From Prasinococcaceae sp. CCMP 1430 (Eukaryota; Plantae; Prasinodermophyta): a stretch of DNA of 64,000 nucleotides. A program made the position numbers and the translations under genes. Below are positions 11,650 through 23,436 of this stretch, one piece after another; the first letter of the stretch is position 1, and the number at the start of each line of letters is the position of its first letter. Location of the stretch: contig RQSC01000032.1 in NCBI GenBank assembly GCA_013416795.1, forward strand, positions 186,001 through 250,000. The letters run 5' to 3'. The notes under the pieces were generated by a model. That model was not told where the DNA came from. It was given only the letters and a program-made list of their open reading frames with translations, and did not search any database.

Positions 11650-11803
11650 AGGAGCACGCGTGTGCTAGCGCCCGAGTCCAGCGCGCTCGTCCCTGACATG
11701 GTGAAGTCCCACTATGACATAAATCTCAAATTTTACGGCCCCTGGGAAGTCCACCGCTGCGCGCACGCCCACGCTCGCGCTCGTGCGAGCACGAGCGCGC
11801 GCC

Positions 11804-12633
11804 TCACTTATTCTGTCCGGGCGACGTTGACCCCGCAGTGTTCCCCAAGGTACCGGCGGCTGAGTCCGTCACAACGGCAGCAGCGACGCCCGCGGCACCC
11901 GCAGCTGTGCCCGCAGGGCCTGCGGCGACCCCGGAGGCACCTGCGCTTCCCGCTTCGGTGGCGTCGCGTGCACCTGCAGAGGAGACTGGCATCTGCATGT
12001 TCTGCGTCGGGGGCAGCTGAGCCCCGGCGTTCGGGCCCGTGAGAGTCATCTTTGACATGATCTGTCCCGGACCCGGGCGTGGCGTGGCCGCTTGCACGCC
12101 TGACACGGGCGCAAGGCTGCCAACGGCCGACACCTGCATGACGTTGCTTGTCTGGCGCCCAAGTTGCGCCGGTGCCGAGGGTCGTGCCACTGGCACGCCT
12201 CCCCCTGCCCCTCCCCCAGCGGCCGCCTTCGACGGCATCACCTGTGCGTTCGCAGCGCCCGCCAGGTGCTGTGCCTGCTTTTGGTCGCGCTGCTGCTGCT
12301 GCTGCTGCTGGGCGCGGTTGTCACCTGTCGACGCACCTGCCTGTTGCATCGTTGGCTGCGCCGGTCGCACCGTCGGCGCATTGGGCGCCAGGCCCTGCTG
12401 GGCCTGCTGTTGCGCCGCCTGGGCGAGCGCAGTCTGCTGACGAGCCAAGGCGAGCTGCTTTCGTTGCGCTTGCATGGCATCGGGACTCACTTGCTGGCCA
12501 GAGGTCGCGCCTTGTCCTGGTGATTGCACAGGCGAGGAAGAATGCACTTGCTGCTCCGCCTGCACTCGCACCAGCGGCTGCGCCTGCGGCTGCTGCTGTG
12601 ACTGTCGTTGCACCATCTGCTGCTGCTGCATCA

Positions 12634-12664
<31 letters not shown>

Positions 12665-14193
12665 AGGCTGTGCCTGCAGCTGCAGCTGCTGTCGTGACAA
12701 ATGCGGCTGGCCTTTGGCTTGCGCATGCGCTTGCACCTGAGTCTGCTGCTGCCTCTGCTGCATCTGCTGCTGGGTTTGCTGTTGCGACTCTCCGAGGTGC
12801 CCGTGTTGCGCCCTATAAGCTGACGCCTGCACGAGCTGCTGGGGAGCTGCGCCGATGCCTTGCTGCTGTCCAACTGGCAGCTGTCCACTTGGCTGCTGCC
12901 CGCCTAGTCGCTGCCGAGCGGCGGATTGTGTTCCCGCGTGGGGCACAGCTGGCTGCTGACCACCCGTTTTCTGGCCACCGGCAGCATGCGGGGGTAGCTG
13001 CGATGCGCGCGCCGCCTGAGCTGCAGCTACACCGGGCGCCCGCGCCACGGGTTCCTCCTGCCCCGTGACCTCCCAGCCGCGCGCCATTACCTGCTGCATG
13101 AACTGGCGAACGAAGAGTTCCGATGCCCCCGGGGTCTCGAGCTGCCCGAGTGAAAACCACCGCGGCTGATTTTGCTTGCCAGCGCTTCGAGGTTCCTGCG
13201 ACGTTGTTGGGGTGGCCTCAACGAAGGCAAGATACGCATCCATCGGTGATGTTTGGCTGAGATGTTGCTGGCTCGGTTTGACAAAGAGCGTGAACGAGCG
13301 CACGTTGCCCAAAGCGAGGACGTGCGCGAACTGCGTTTCTGGGTTGAAGTGCAGTGCCTTGGCCCGCGACCACCGCACGAGACGCTGCTGAACTTCAGCG
13401 GATCGCTCAGGGTGGGTGCCCGCCCAGCAATCGAATCGCTCCTGTGAGCCGCGCATCAGCGAAACTGCCAGCTGGATGATAGCGCTGCATGAGTTGAGGA
13501 TGCCCTGAGCCTGTGCAGGCCCAGCGATTGCTTGCACGGGCGCGCCTGTAGTCGGAGATATCTTGGCTGCGGTCGCAGCGAGTTGCGCTTGCGTCTGCTG
13601 ATGCGCCTGTTGCTGTATTTGCCGAGCATACGCAGCATTGGCGATCTGGCCGGAGATCTGGTTCGACGACTTTTGGGGCGCCAAGACCTGCTGCGGCGGG
13701 CCGGGCATGGTTGGCGACGTGCTGGTACCCTGCGAGGTCAGCAACCCCTGCTGCGCCTTCATCTGCGCAGTCTGCGCCAGCAGAGCATGCGGCGCTTGCT
13801 TCTGTTGCTGACGCAGCCGCTCGAGCTGCAGCTGTTGCTGTTTAGCATCACCTTGCACCGCAGGCACACCCTGAGCAGGCTGCTCTTGCACACGCCCTTG
13901 TGACTCCTGCTGCACCTGGAGCTGCTTCGTGTGCGTCTGCTGCTGGCGATGCTGGGCAAGTAGCAGTGCCTGCTGCTGCTGCGATGGCTGCTGCTGCTGC
14001 TGCGATGCTGGCTGCTGCTGCGATTGGGGATAAAGACCCGCCTGCACCTGCCCTGCCGCATTCTGCGGCTGTGGTGGCAGACCCCACTCGACTCGATGGA
14101 GCGCCCTGCCCTGTTTGTCCGCACCCACCCCTCCACGTTGTCTTTGGCGCTGCTGTTGCGGCAGTTGTTGCTGCTGTACCTGCTGCCGCAGTA

Positions 14194-14224
<31 letters not shown>

Positions 14225-16776
14225 CATGGGTACCTGCTGCCCAGACCGAACCTGCGCTTGCACTTGGCGCGCATGGACCTGCGGCAAATGCTGCTGCTGA
14301 ATCTGTTGTTGTTGCGTCAATAGCTGACCTGATGTGTGCGCCTGCATCTGCCGCTGCTGCTGTGCCTGCGGCTGCTGCGCCTGCTGCTGCTGAAGCTGCT
14401 GCTGCCGCGCCCGCTGTTGCCACGCCTGCTGCTGCGCAGCTGTACCGCGCGCGTGCCGCTGCTGCTGTGCCAACAGCATCGCCTGGTGTTGCGCACGTTG
14501 CTTTTGCTGCTGTTCTTGCAGTTGCGCGAGCATCGCTGGCGAAGGCACGCCCCATTGGTCAATCTTGCCCGCGGCCTTGACTGCCGCCGCTGCCTTCATG
14601 CCCCCCTCGCGCATGCGCCTGTATGCAGCATCCGTGCTCTTGCATCCGACCGCGGTCGGGTATTTGCTCATGTATGCGATGTGCGCAGCAGTGAAGACCT
14701 CCGTACTTGGGTCGAGGCACACGGGCGGATGCACGAAATGCTCGAGCAGCGCCTCCGTCTCCAGGCTCTCCTCGTACGTCCAACCATCCTTAATCAAATC
14801 AATGGAACGAGGAAGTTCCGGGGCTTTCCCCTGAGCCTGCATCTCTTGTGCCATCCTTGCCTTGAGGTTGATTGCTGAAGCAGCGCGCGCGACCGTCTTT
14901 ATCTCGCTCACGACGGTGGCCGTGTTGGGGCGCAGTAGTGTATAGTGCACCCTTGGTGCCTGCCGCGAGCCGCTTGCGGTCGAGATGTCCCTGAAGTCCT
15001 CCACGCCCAAAATGATCGCACCGTCGATGTATTGTGTTGGGATACGGTCACCCAGGCCCGGTATGGCCATGCCCGCGTCCAGTGACTTGAAGAAGCGCGA
15101 GGCCGCGCGCGAGTACGCCAGCAACGGGCTCCACTGCGGCGATCCCTCACTCTCACGCTGCTGGCGGCGCAGCTTGAAACCCTCGGGATAAAGACTCACG
15201 ATGAAAGACACAGGGAGTTTGGTGTAGTCCAGCATGAAGAGGCCCGTCTTGAAGCGCGGGTCCGCCATCTTGTTCTGCACTCGCTTTTTGCGAAGGTACC
15301 CCAGCAGCGGGCCCTCGTTCATGAGCGCTGATTCGAGCTCCTGTAGCTTGCGCTTGTGGCGCGCCTGCCGTGCCCGCTCTGCGGCGGCAACCTCCTCGGT
15401 CGAGGGCCGCGGGGCCGCGGGCGCCGCGTCCTCGTCCGCACCCGCCACAGGCTCGCTGTCTGGACCTCGCGGCGGCACCCATATTGGGCGCCTGCGGTCA
15501 GCCGGACTTGCGCCGCCGAGCGAAAAGCTCACCGGGTGGCGGTCCTGGGGAAGAGCGCCGCCCATGGCCTCGACGACTGCGTCATCCGCCTCCGGATCAG
15601 GTGGGCGCGCAGCCTCGGCCGCCGCTGTCGCTGCAGCGGGTGCCACATCCGGAGCCGCTGCAGCAGCGGTGAGAGCACCAAGTGTTGCCGCGACCTCGTC
15701 GTTGTCGGCTGCTTGTGCGCAGGCATTGGTTGTGGCAGCGGCGCCAGAGGAGCAGGTGCCCTTAGCAGCATCTCCGTCCGCGCCGTCCGCGTCTGTCATC
15801 ACAACATCCTCGCCGCCAGCGTGCGGTTGTTCCCCGGACACTTGCCCCTCCTTCCCCGGTGCATCGCCAGACGGAGCGGGCGCAGCAGCTGCGGGTGGCG
15901 TGGACACAGTGCCCCCGCAATCGCTGTCTCGACCGACCGCCGGAGTGGCGCCACCTCCGTGTGCCGGCACAGCCACGTCCTCTCCCGCAGGATCCCCCCC
16001 CCCCGGGCTTGCATCGGCCGCGATCCACTCAGCTCCCGCCGTCAGCCTGTTATCAGCTTGTTCTTGACCTGCAGGGACGGCGGGCTTGCGTTCCTCGCCC
16101 GATGCATTGTCTGGAACGGTGGGCGGCCCATCCTTCTCGTCAACGGCCCCGTCGTCGGGCGAGGGATGAGGCCCTGCCTTGGCGTCGCCCTCTTGGCTGC
16201 CTTGTCCTCCCTCAGCCTGTGTTTCGCGACCAGCCGCGTCTACAGCAGCGGTGGAGTCTGCTCCTGCCGCAGCGGGCGCGTCCGCGCCCGGGGTAGGCTC
16301 GGCGCCATCGCCAGCGCTACCTGCCGGGCGCCCTGCGGCGCATTCGATCGCTTCGCGGCGCTCCTCAGCACCAGCCTCATCGTCGACGGGGGATGGTCCG
16401 TCCTTCGAACGCTTCCCTCCCCGCTTCGCCACGTCGTCCGCCTCGGCTGCGCGCTCGCCTTCGCTCGCTTTGCCGGCATCTGCGTCTGGCTGCCCCCCCT
16501 CACTTGCATCGCTCAGAGCGCGCTCCGCGGATGCGCCGGCCGCGGGCGCGGGCGAAGTGGCATCGACAGCCCCCTCGAGCTCGCCCTTGTCGCGACCCCC
16601 TCGTGCATCGCCGCCTCCCCCTCCCCGCGAGCCACCGCCCTTCTCCTTCCCCTCGGCACCCCCCTTCTCTTTCCCCTCGCCGCCACGCCCACCGCCGCTC
16701 TTTCCCCCGCCCCCGCCCCCCCCACCCGCCGCGCCCCCGCCGCCGCGATCAGGGCGCAGCGCGGCGATGGCCGCGG
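11804..16776 (-). CDS. SPT20: Spt20 / PHL-like SAGA subunit with acidic N-terminal and Gln-rich C-terminal regions; 5' end unresolved (N gap 16777-16945)
   Basis: Spt20 domain: SFIVSLYPEGFKL...RFFKSLDAG...YIDGAIILGVEDFR...PRVHYTLLRPN...ETEALLEHFVHPPVCLDPS. PolyQ tracts follow; stop at 11804-11806. Confidence 0.8.
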
Positions 16777-17877
16777 NNNNNNNNNNNNNNNNNNNNNNNN
16801 NNNNNNNNNNNNNNNNNNNNNNNNNNNNNNNNNNNNNNNNNNNNNNNNNNNNNNNNNNNNNNNNNNNNNNNNNNNNNNNNNNNNNNNNNNNNNNNNNNNN
16901 NNNNNNNNNNNNNNNNNNNNNNNNNNNNNNNNNNNNNNNNNNNNNCCCCCCAACCGGAAAAAGAAAAAGAAAAAGAAAAAGAGAACAGAGAGAGAAAAAA
17001 AAACGGACGCAGGCGGACGCGCGCGCCGCGCGTTTCGTTTCGGCCGGGCATGCGAAACGAGCTCGTGCGCGGGAAAATGCCGGCAGGGGAAACGAATTTG
17101 GCGGGAAACTCGGTGGTATCGCTGCAGGGCGCGAGGTGCCGCAGGAGGGCGCGCGGCGAGGCGCCAGCCTGCCTGTGGATGGATCAGTCAGTCGGTGCGT
17201 GTGCCCATCAGCAGTCAAATTAAGTCAGTCAGTCAGTCAGCAGTCAGCCCGCCGGCCAGCCAGCCAGGTAGCGCCCGCCCGCCGTCCCCGCTCGGTGGGG
17301 ATCGCCTGCCCAGTGCGCGCGCGCGCGACGAGCTCGCGCTCGCGGCGCCCGCGCGGATGCAGCAGATGTTTTCCCTGATCCAACGCTCGCGGCGCGGCGG
17401 CGGCGGCGCAGCATTGCGGACTGGCTGGAGCGGGACCGTCGCGTGCCCGCCGGCACAAAGAAGAAATAGTCAACGTGTTGGAGACGTTCGTGCACGACCC
17501 CCTGAGCGCCAGTTCCCCGGGGGCGCGCGCGGACGGCGGCGGCCACACGGGTGCGCCGCCTGCGAGGCCAGGCCCCGCCGAGCGCCCGCTGGGGAGGACC
17601 TGTCGCCGCCCGCGAACAGGGGAGGAGGGACAGGGCCGCCGGCCTGCGCACGCCTTGGAGGCAGAGGCGCGGGGGTCCACGCAGGTCAGCGGCGGTCGAC
17701 CGCGGTCGACGACGAGGCGTGCCGCAGCCACTCCGAGCTTGCAGCGGGTGTGTGTACGTCCGGGCGAGGCGGGGTGCGAAGCGACCGAGGCAATAGACGT
17801 GTGCGTGTGTGTTTGTGTGTGTGTGCGCGCGCTCGTGCGTGTCTGGCTTGTGTCGATAGGGACTGAGGCACGCGGCT

Positions 17878-18635
17878 ATGTCGGCGCAAAAGTTACGCGA
17901 GGGCGGCAACACCACCGCGATTGTCTCCGGCGGGCGGCGGAAGCTGCACACGACTTGGGACGACGGCAGCGAGCTCATCGAGGAGTACGATGCCAAGACA
18001 GGTACGTCCGCGAACGAGACCGCGCGCTGCATGCCCGCCCCCCCGGCATCCGCCAGCGCTCGCGCGCGCATGGTTCGAGCCTCGCGATGGAAAGCTCTCC
18101 TCGCTGACAGCCTCCGTGCCCGCCGCCGATTGCCAACCTGTCACCCGCAGACAAGCTTCTGCTGCGGAAGCGGCGGCGACCTGGCACCCTTGGTGGTGCG
18201 GGCGCATGGACCATTGAGGTGGGCGATGAGCGAACAGCATCGCAGCCATTCAACCCGGAGACGACCATGCTCGCCGAGAGCAGCGCGAACCCGGTCTTCA
18301 GCCGCGGGGATGCCCAGAAGGCGTTTCAATGGCGTGTGCGCAACGTGCCGTATCCGCCGGGCACCTTCTCGGTCACCGTCGACACGGATGCTGACGTCCT
18401 CGTCATTCGCACGTCCAACAAGAAGTACTACAAGCGCTTCGAGGTGCCCGAAATGCGCCGCCTCGGGCGCAAGCTCGACGAGGAGGCCCTCACCTACAGC
18501 TTCGCCGACGCCACTCTGCTCGTCCAGTACGCCAAACCGCTCGAGGTGCTTCGCGAGGAGGCCGAGGATAAGCTCGCGCGCGCCAAGATCTCGAGTTCTT
18601 CGAAGGATGGCGACGTCGACTGCAAGCAGCAGTAG
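17878..18635 (+). CDS. DPCD: DPCD family protein; intron 18002-18150
   Basis: TAIVSGGRRKLHTTWDDGSELIEEYD|DKLLLRKRRR...WTIEVG...ESSANPVFSR...FQWRVRNVPYP...IRTSNKKYYKRF, the DPCD signature. Confidence 0.9.
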
Positions 18636-18738
18636 TGCAGGCGGCGGCGGCGGCGCGGCGCGCGTCGGCGCGCGTACGGCCCACTCGTGTCTCCGGCCAC
18701 CGCCGCAGACATTGGCCGACGTCCGACGAGCCCGAAGC

Positions 18739-18747
18739 AAACCCTAA
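18739..18747 (+). promoter_or_regulatory. Perfect telo-box AAACCCTAA upstream of the multi-TM gene
   Basis: Exact match to the telo-box consensus; AAACCTAAACCT follows at about 18790. Confidence 0.5.
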
Positions 18748-18908
18748 TTAAACAAAACCCGACATTCTTCCAGGCACAGCACAGTATGTAAACCTAAACC
18801 TCCAGACCGACACCCAGCATGTTCGAAATTTCGAATGTGAGCGCAGGTGGTGAGGCGGGCGCGCGCACAGATAGGCGGCCGCGGTTGCACGGAGCTCGAG
18901 GGCTTGCG

Positions 18909-18949
<41 letters not shown>

Positions 18950-19210
18950 AGGCGGCGTGTGCATCGGCGCGCTCACCGTGGTCGCCGAACCCCCCCCCCC
19001 CCCCCCCCCCCCCCAGGGCATCCACCAAATACCCCAGCATCCGCCACAAACCACACGCACCACAACGCGCCCACCCCCTGGCGCGCGCGGCGTGCGCGAC
19101 CGACGCGCGGGGCGAGCGCTCGCCGCGTGGCCCCTCGCGCTCGCTCGCTCGCTCGCTCACGCCCCGCCACCGCCACCGACGACAACAACGCCGACAGCGA
19201 CGGCGCTGCG

Positions 19211-20642
19211 ATGGAGTCGCCCACGGCGCACGCGCGCGCAGCGCTGCTGCCGTCGGCTGAGCCGTACGAGCTGCGCGCGACACTGGCCTACTGGACGAGC
19301 GTCGTTTGGCTGGAGGCCAGCGTCGCGTTCACCGCGGCGAGCTTTTTCATGCTGTTCTCCGACCGCTGGGAGGCGGAAAAAGTGACTGCCCTCGTGAACG
19401 CGCCGTTCGTCATGGGCGCCGCGCTCTTCACGGTGGGCGCTTACGTGGGCATTCTGTCTGCCCTGAACGCGCAGCACCCGCCACACACACCTCTGCGCCT
19501 CTGGCCGCGCCCGAGCGAGCTGCGCGTCGTGCCTGGCCTGTGGGGCTACTTCGTGTATTTCGTCGGCACGCTGTGGTTCCTGTGGAACTGCATCGCGGGC
19601 CTGGTGGGCGTGTCTGGTGGGCGGTTGGGCGCACTCGAGGTGAGAACGCTGCGCCCTGCGCAGGCAGGGCGCCCTCGCGCGAACGCTGCCGCGCGGTTTG
19701 CCAGAGCGGGGCCGGGCCGGATTGGGGGCGTGGGGGTGGGGGTGTCGCAAGTGAGGCGCGCTCGCGCGCGCGCGCTGACGTGCGGCGCGCGCTGGTAGTT
19801 CATCTGGGCGCCCGGCATCATGGGCGGCGTGAGCTTCGTGTGGGGCGCGCTGATTGAGTGCGACACAAACGAGGTGTGGGGTAAGCTGCGCGGGCGCGTC
19901 AGCGGCTGGTGCTGCATCAGCGTGGCGCTCAGCCTCGCCAACCTCGTCGGCGGCGTCCTGTTTCTGTGGGGCTCCGTCGGCGGCGCTGCCGTTGCGCCCT
20001 CCGATTTGCTCGGTCAGCGGCTCTGGGTGGCGGGGCCCTTCCTGGTGGGGTCAGCGGCGTTCATCGTGGGCAGCAGCTTGATGCTCGCCATGTGGAAGCG
20101 CGAGCAGTACGGGCTGGGCATGATCGCGGGACTCAACTCGCCAGCCCACATGCCGCACCACGACGAGCACGACCACGCCCCGCAGGTGCGCTGGAACCAC
20201 TTCGGCTTCGTGCACACGTCTGCGGTGTGCTCGGGCCTGGCGATGATCGACCTGCTCTTCACCGCGCAGCGGCAGCGGTCGGTGACGCTTCACGAAACCA
20301 TACGCAATGCCACCGGCGCGGCTGTGGTGGTCATGCTCGCACATGGCGTCCTGTGGCTCGGCGTGGTGGTGCACCGCACGCCGCGCGTCAAGGTGCGCGC
20401 CGTGCGCGCGCGTGCGTGCGGCGCTACGCTCACCCCCGTCGCCGCATCGACCGACCGCTGACGGTCCAATTCCCACCGGGCCCACGTCTCCCTCACCCTC
20501 GCTGTGCGCCTCGCCTCCCGCCTGCCTATCTCGCGTCCCGCAGCCGTACGGCGCGCTGGTGCGGTACATGCGCATGCTCATGGTCCTGCTTGCGTTCCAC
20601 CTGGCGTTCAGCGTCACTGCGGATGTACTCTACGACGAGTAG
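19211..20642 (+). CDS. Multi-pass membrane protein (YrhK-like repeats); introns 19640-19798 and 20393-20543
   Basis: At least 8 hydrophobic segments; repeated GSxxF.xG-type helices (GAALFTVGAY, GTLWFLWN, GGVLFLWGS, GSAAFIVGSS). GT-AG junctions keep the frame. Confidence 0.7.
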
Positions 20643-21447
20643 GCAGCGGCTGCCCCTTGCCACGCCTTCCTCCCCGCCAACCGACGCCCCTGCCTCTCCG
20701 GCGCCCCCGCTCGTACTCCGCGCAGCCGCCCACAACCGCCGCGGCTGCAGCGCCGGCGGGCGCAACGCCGGGGCTGCCACCCTTCGGCTGCGTTCACACG
20801 CGGTGCGACGATACCATTGAAATGAATAACGCATTAAAAACGCAATTTTTGGTTAGTCAGATCCAACGTCTCTTGATGCATTTACACATGAATCTTGCGC
20901 GCCTTGCGCGGTCGCGGCCATCGAATTCCGAACCGCGAAATCACGCCAATCAGTTTGCACGTCCTTTCCACTCCGCTTGCTGTTTGACCAATTGATGGGG
21001 TCCTGCGGGTGCGCGCAGCCTCGGCCAATCACGTCGCGGCAATGCCCGCAGCGCGCAGCGATCCAGCGCGGCGAGGGGGGAGCCCCCCCCCCCCTCCTCT
21101 CGATCGGGCCGCGCGCGCGCGCACGCGGGGGCAAACAAAAACAGTCCAGCGGGGGCGCGCGCGATGGGGCGCGCGCGAAGGGGTGCCCGGGGGCATTCAG
21201 CGGTGAGGCGAAGGTTCGGCGCCATCCTCCGCAAAGTCCGAATGCGCCCGGATGGCCGCGCGAAAACCGCGACGCGCGCTGCAGGTGAGGGCGGGAAGCG
21301 TGGCACGAACCGGCCCCGCCGGCCGAGCGCGCGCGCGCGCGCGCGCGCGAACTCCTGGGCGGTGGGCGGTGGGCGTGCGTGCGGCAGCGCCGCTTGCGCG
21401 CAGGCAACGTGCCACACTGTACTCACAGTACACCCCCACCTCTCAAC

Positions 21448-22059
21448 ATGCCGCCGAAAGCCGCCGCCCACCCGCCCTACGCCGTCATGGTCCGCGCGGC
21501 CATCCTGGCGCTGAAGGAGCGCACGGGCTCCTCGAGCCCGGCCATCTTCAAGTACATCTCGGCCAACTACTCCGGCGTGGACAAGAAGATCATGTCGACC
21601 CAGCTCAAGAACATGGTCGCCCAGGGCAAGCTCGTCAAGGTGAAGGCCTCGTTCAAGTGCTCGGAGGACTTCAAGAAGGTGCGCCGCGCGCCGGCCGGCC
21701 CACGCGCGCACCCCACGGCCCGGCGCTGCGCTGCGTCCGTACCGCGCAGCGCCGCGCAGCGCCGCGCAGCGCCGCGCAGCGCAGCACCCCTTGCTGACGC
21801 CCAAGATCCTCTTTCGCTCGCCTCGCGCCCTGCTTGCCTGCATCTCCCGCTTGCGCGCGCGACCATCCGCTCCGTTCACCCCGCACTCCGACAGGGCCCC
21901 CCCAAGCCCAAGAAGAAGAAGGCGAAGAAGGCCGCCAAGAAGCCCAAGAAGAAGGCGAAGAAGGCCAAGAAGGCCAAGAAGGCCGCCAAGAAGCCCAAGG
22001 CCAAGAAGGCGAAGAAGGCGAAGAAGGCCAAGAAGGCGAAGAAGGCCTCGAAGAAGTAA
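21448..22059 (+). CDS. H1: Linker histone H1; intron 21679-21894
   Basis: Globular domain [30 protein letters not shown]...[11 protein letters not shown], followed by a Lys/Ala-rich tail after splicing. Confidence 0.97.
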   Translation: MPPKAAAHPPYAVMVRAAILALKERTGSSSPAIFKYISANYSGVDKKIMSTQLKNMVAQGKLVKVKASFKCSEDFKKVRRAPAGPRAHPTARRCAASVPRSAAQRRAAPRSAAPLADAQDPLSLASRPACLHLPLARATIRSVHPALRQGPPKPKKKKAKKAAKKPKKKAKKAKKAKKAAKKPKAKKAKKAKKAKKAKKASKK

Positions 22060-22103
22060 ACACTTCGCCATCGGCACCGCCCGCGTCGTGGACGCACAAA
22101 CCA

Positions 22104-22132
22104 AAAACTGGTGTTTCAAAAACACCACCACA
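22104..22132 (+). terminator. Histone mRNA 3' stem-loop element of H1 (GGTGTTT-CAA-AAACACC at 22110-22126, followed by ACCACA)
   Basis: Perfect hairpin about 50 nt after the H1 stop. The 29-nt block AAAACTGGTGTTTCAAAAACACCACCACA is identical to the one after H4. Confidence 0.8.
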
Positions 22133-22565
22133 GAGACAGACACAGGGCGCACGGGAGCTGCCCGACGCTCATGGCCCACACCGACAGCCTGGAGCTACAC
22201 GCGAGGGTGCGCAAGCGTGAGACGCACGCGAGGCGCGCACGGCGCGACGGCCGCGTACGGCACGACCAACTCGCGCATTCAGCGCGGTGTGCGTTGTCTG
22301 CCTCTAGTAGGGAAAATGGTCGGCCACTGGTATGTTTTATCACGACCGCACGGTCGCCGCGCTCACGTGCGAGAGTCGGGTCCCTGAGGGTCACTTGCTT
22401 GCGCGGCGCGCGAGAACAGCGGTAGCCATCGCGCTATCGACGGCGCGATCGATGCCAACCGCGCACAGAGCATTACACGTCGAGCGAGGCGCCCGCGCGT
22501 CGTCGCGCTATCGACTCTAGCTACGCGTCGCGGTGAGCGGGCGTGTGGGATCAGTTGCGTCTGTG

Positions 22566-22594
22566 TGTGGTGGTGTTTTTGAAACACCAGTTTT
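22566..22594 (-). terminator. Histone mRNA 3' stem-loop element of H4 (hairpin 22572-22588)
   Basis: Reverse complement is identical to the 29-nt block after H1; about 90 nt downstream of the H4 stop. Confidence 0.8.
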
Positions 22595-22683
22595 GTTTGT
22601 GTTGACGTCGTCGCGGAGCAGGTGTGGCCACCCGCCGCGTCGACAGGCTGAGGTTGCTGCGTCCGCTGGGTGGGGCGAGTCGC

Positions 22684-23142
<459 letters not shown>

Positions 23143-23436
23143 TCACCCCGGCGCCGAGGTCAGAANNNNNNNNNNNNNNNNNNNNNNNNNNNNNNNNNNN
23201 NNNNNNNNNNNNNNNNNNNNNNNNNNNNNNNNNNNNNNNNNNNNNNNNNNNNNNNNNNNNNNNNNCGCGAACGGCGGTCCCGCAGGCCACGCCCGTAGGC
23301 CGCGGGCGCAGGCGCAGCTGGCCGGACGGACCACAGGATGGCGCGCGACCGCACGCAGAGCCGCGGGCCCAGCACGCGCGCCGCGCGCTGAGCGGCAGCA
23401 CAGTGCAGTGGACGCTGCCTTGCGCCGGCTGTGGCG

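Noticed and set aside
12280-14530. CAG/CTG repeat tracts read as a repeat element
   Set aside because: They encode ordinary polyQ activation-type regions of the Spt20-like protein.
21741-21785. Four tandem GCCGCGCAGC 10-mers in the H1 intron, and GC-rich introns generally, read as introner elements
   Set aside because: No shared extended sequence between introns was visible beyond GTGCG donors and (GC)n runs. An all-versus-all intron alignment would be needed to revisit this.
22104-22594. 29-bp perfect inverted repeat about 430 bp apart, read as MITE/transposon terminal inverted repeats
   Set aside because: Each copy sits at the expected distance behind the stop of a convergent histone gene and is itself a hairpin. 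No target-site duplication is evident.
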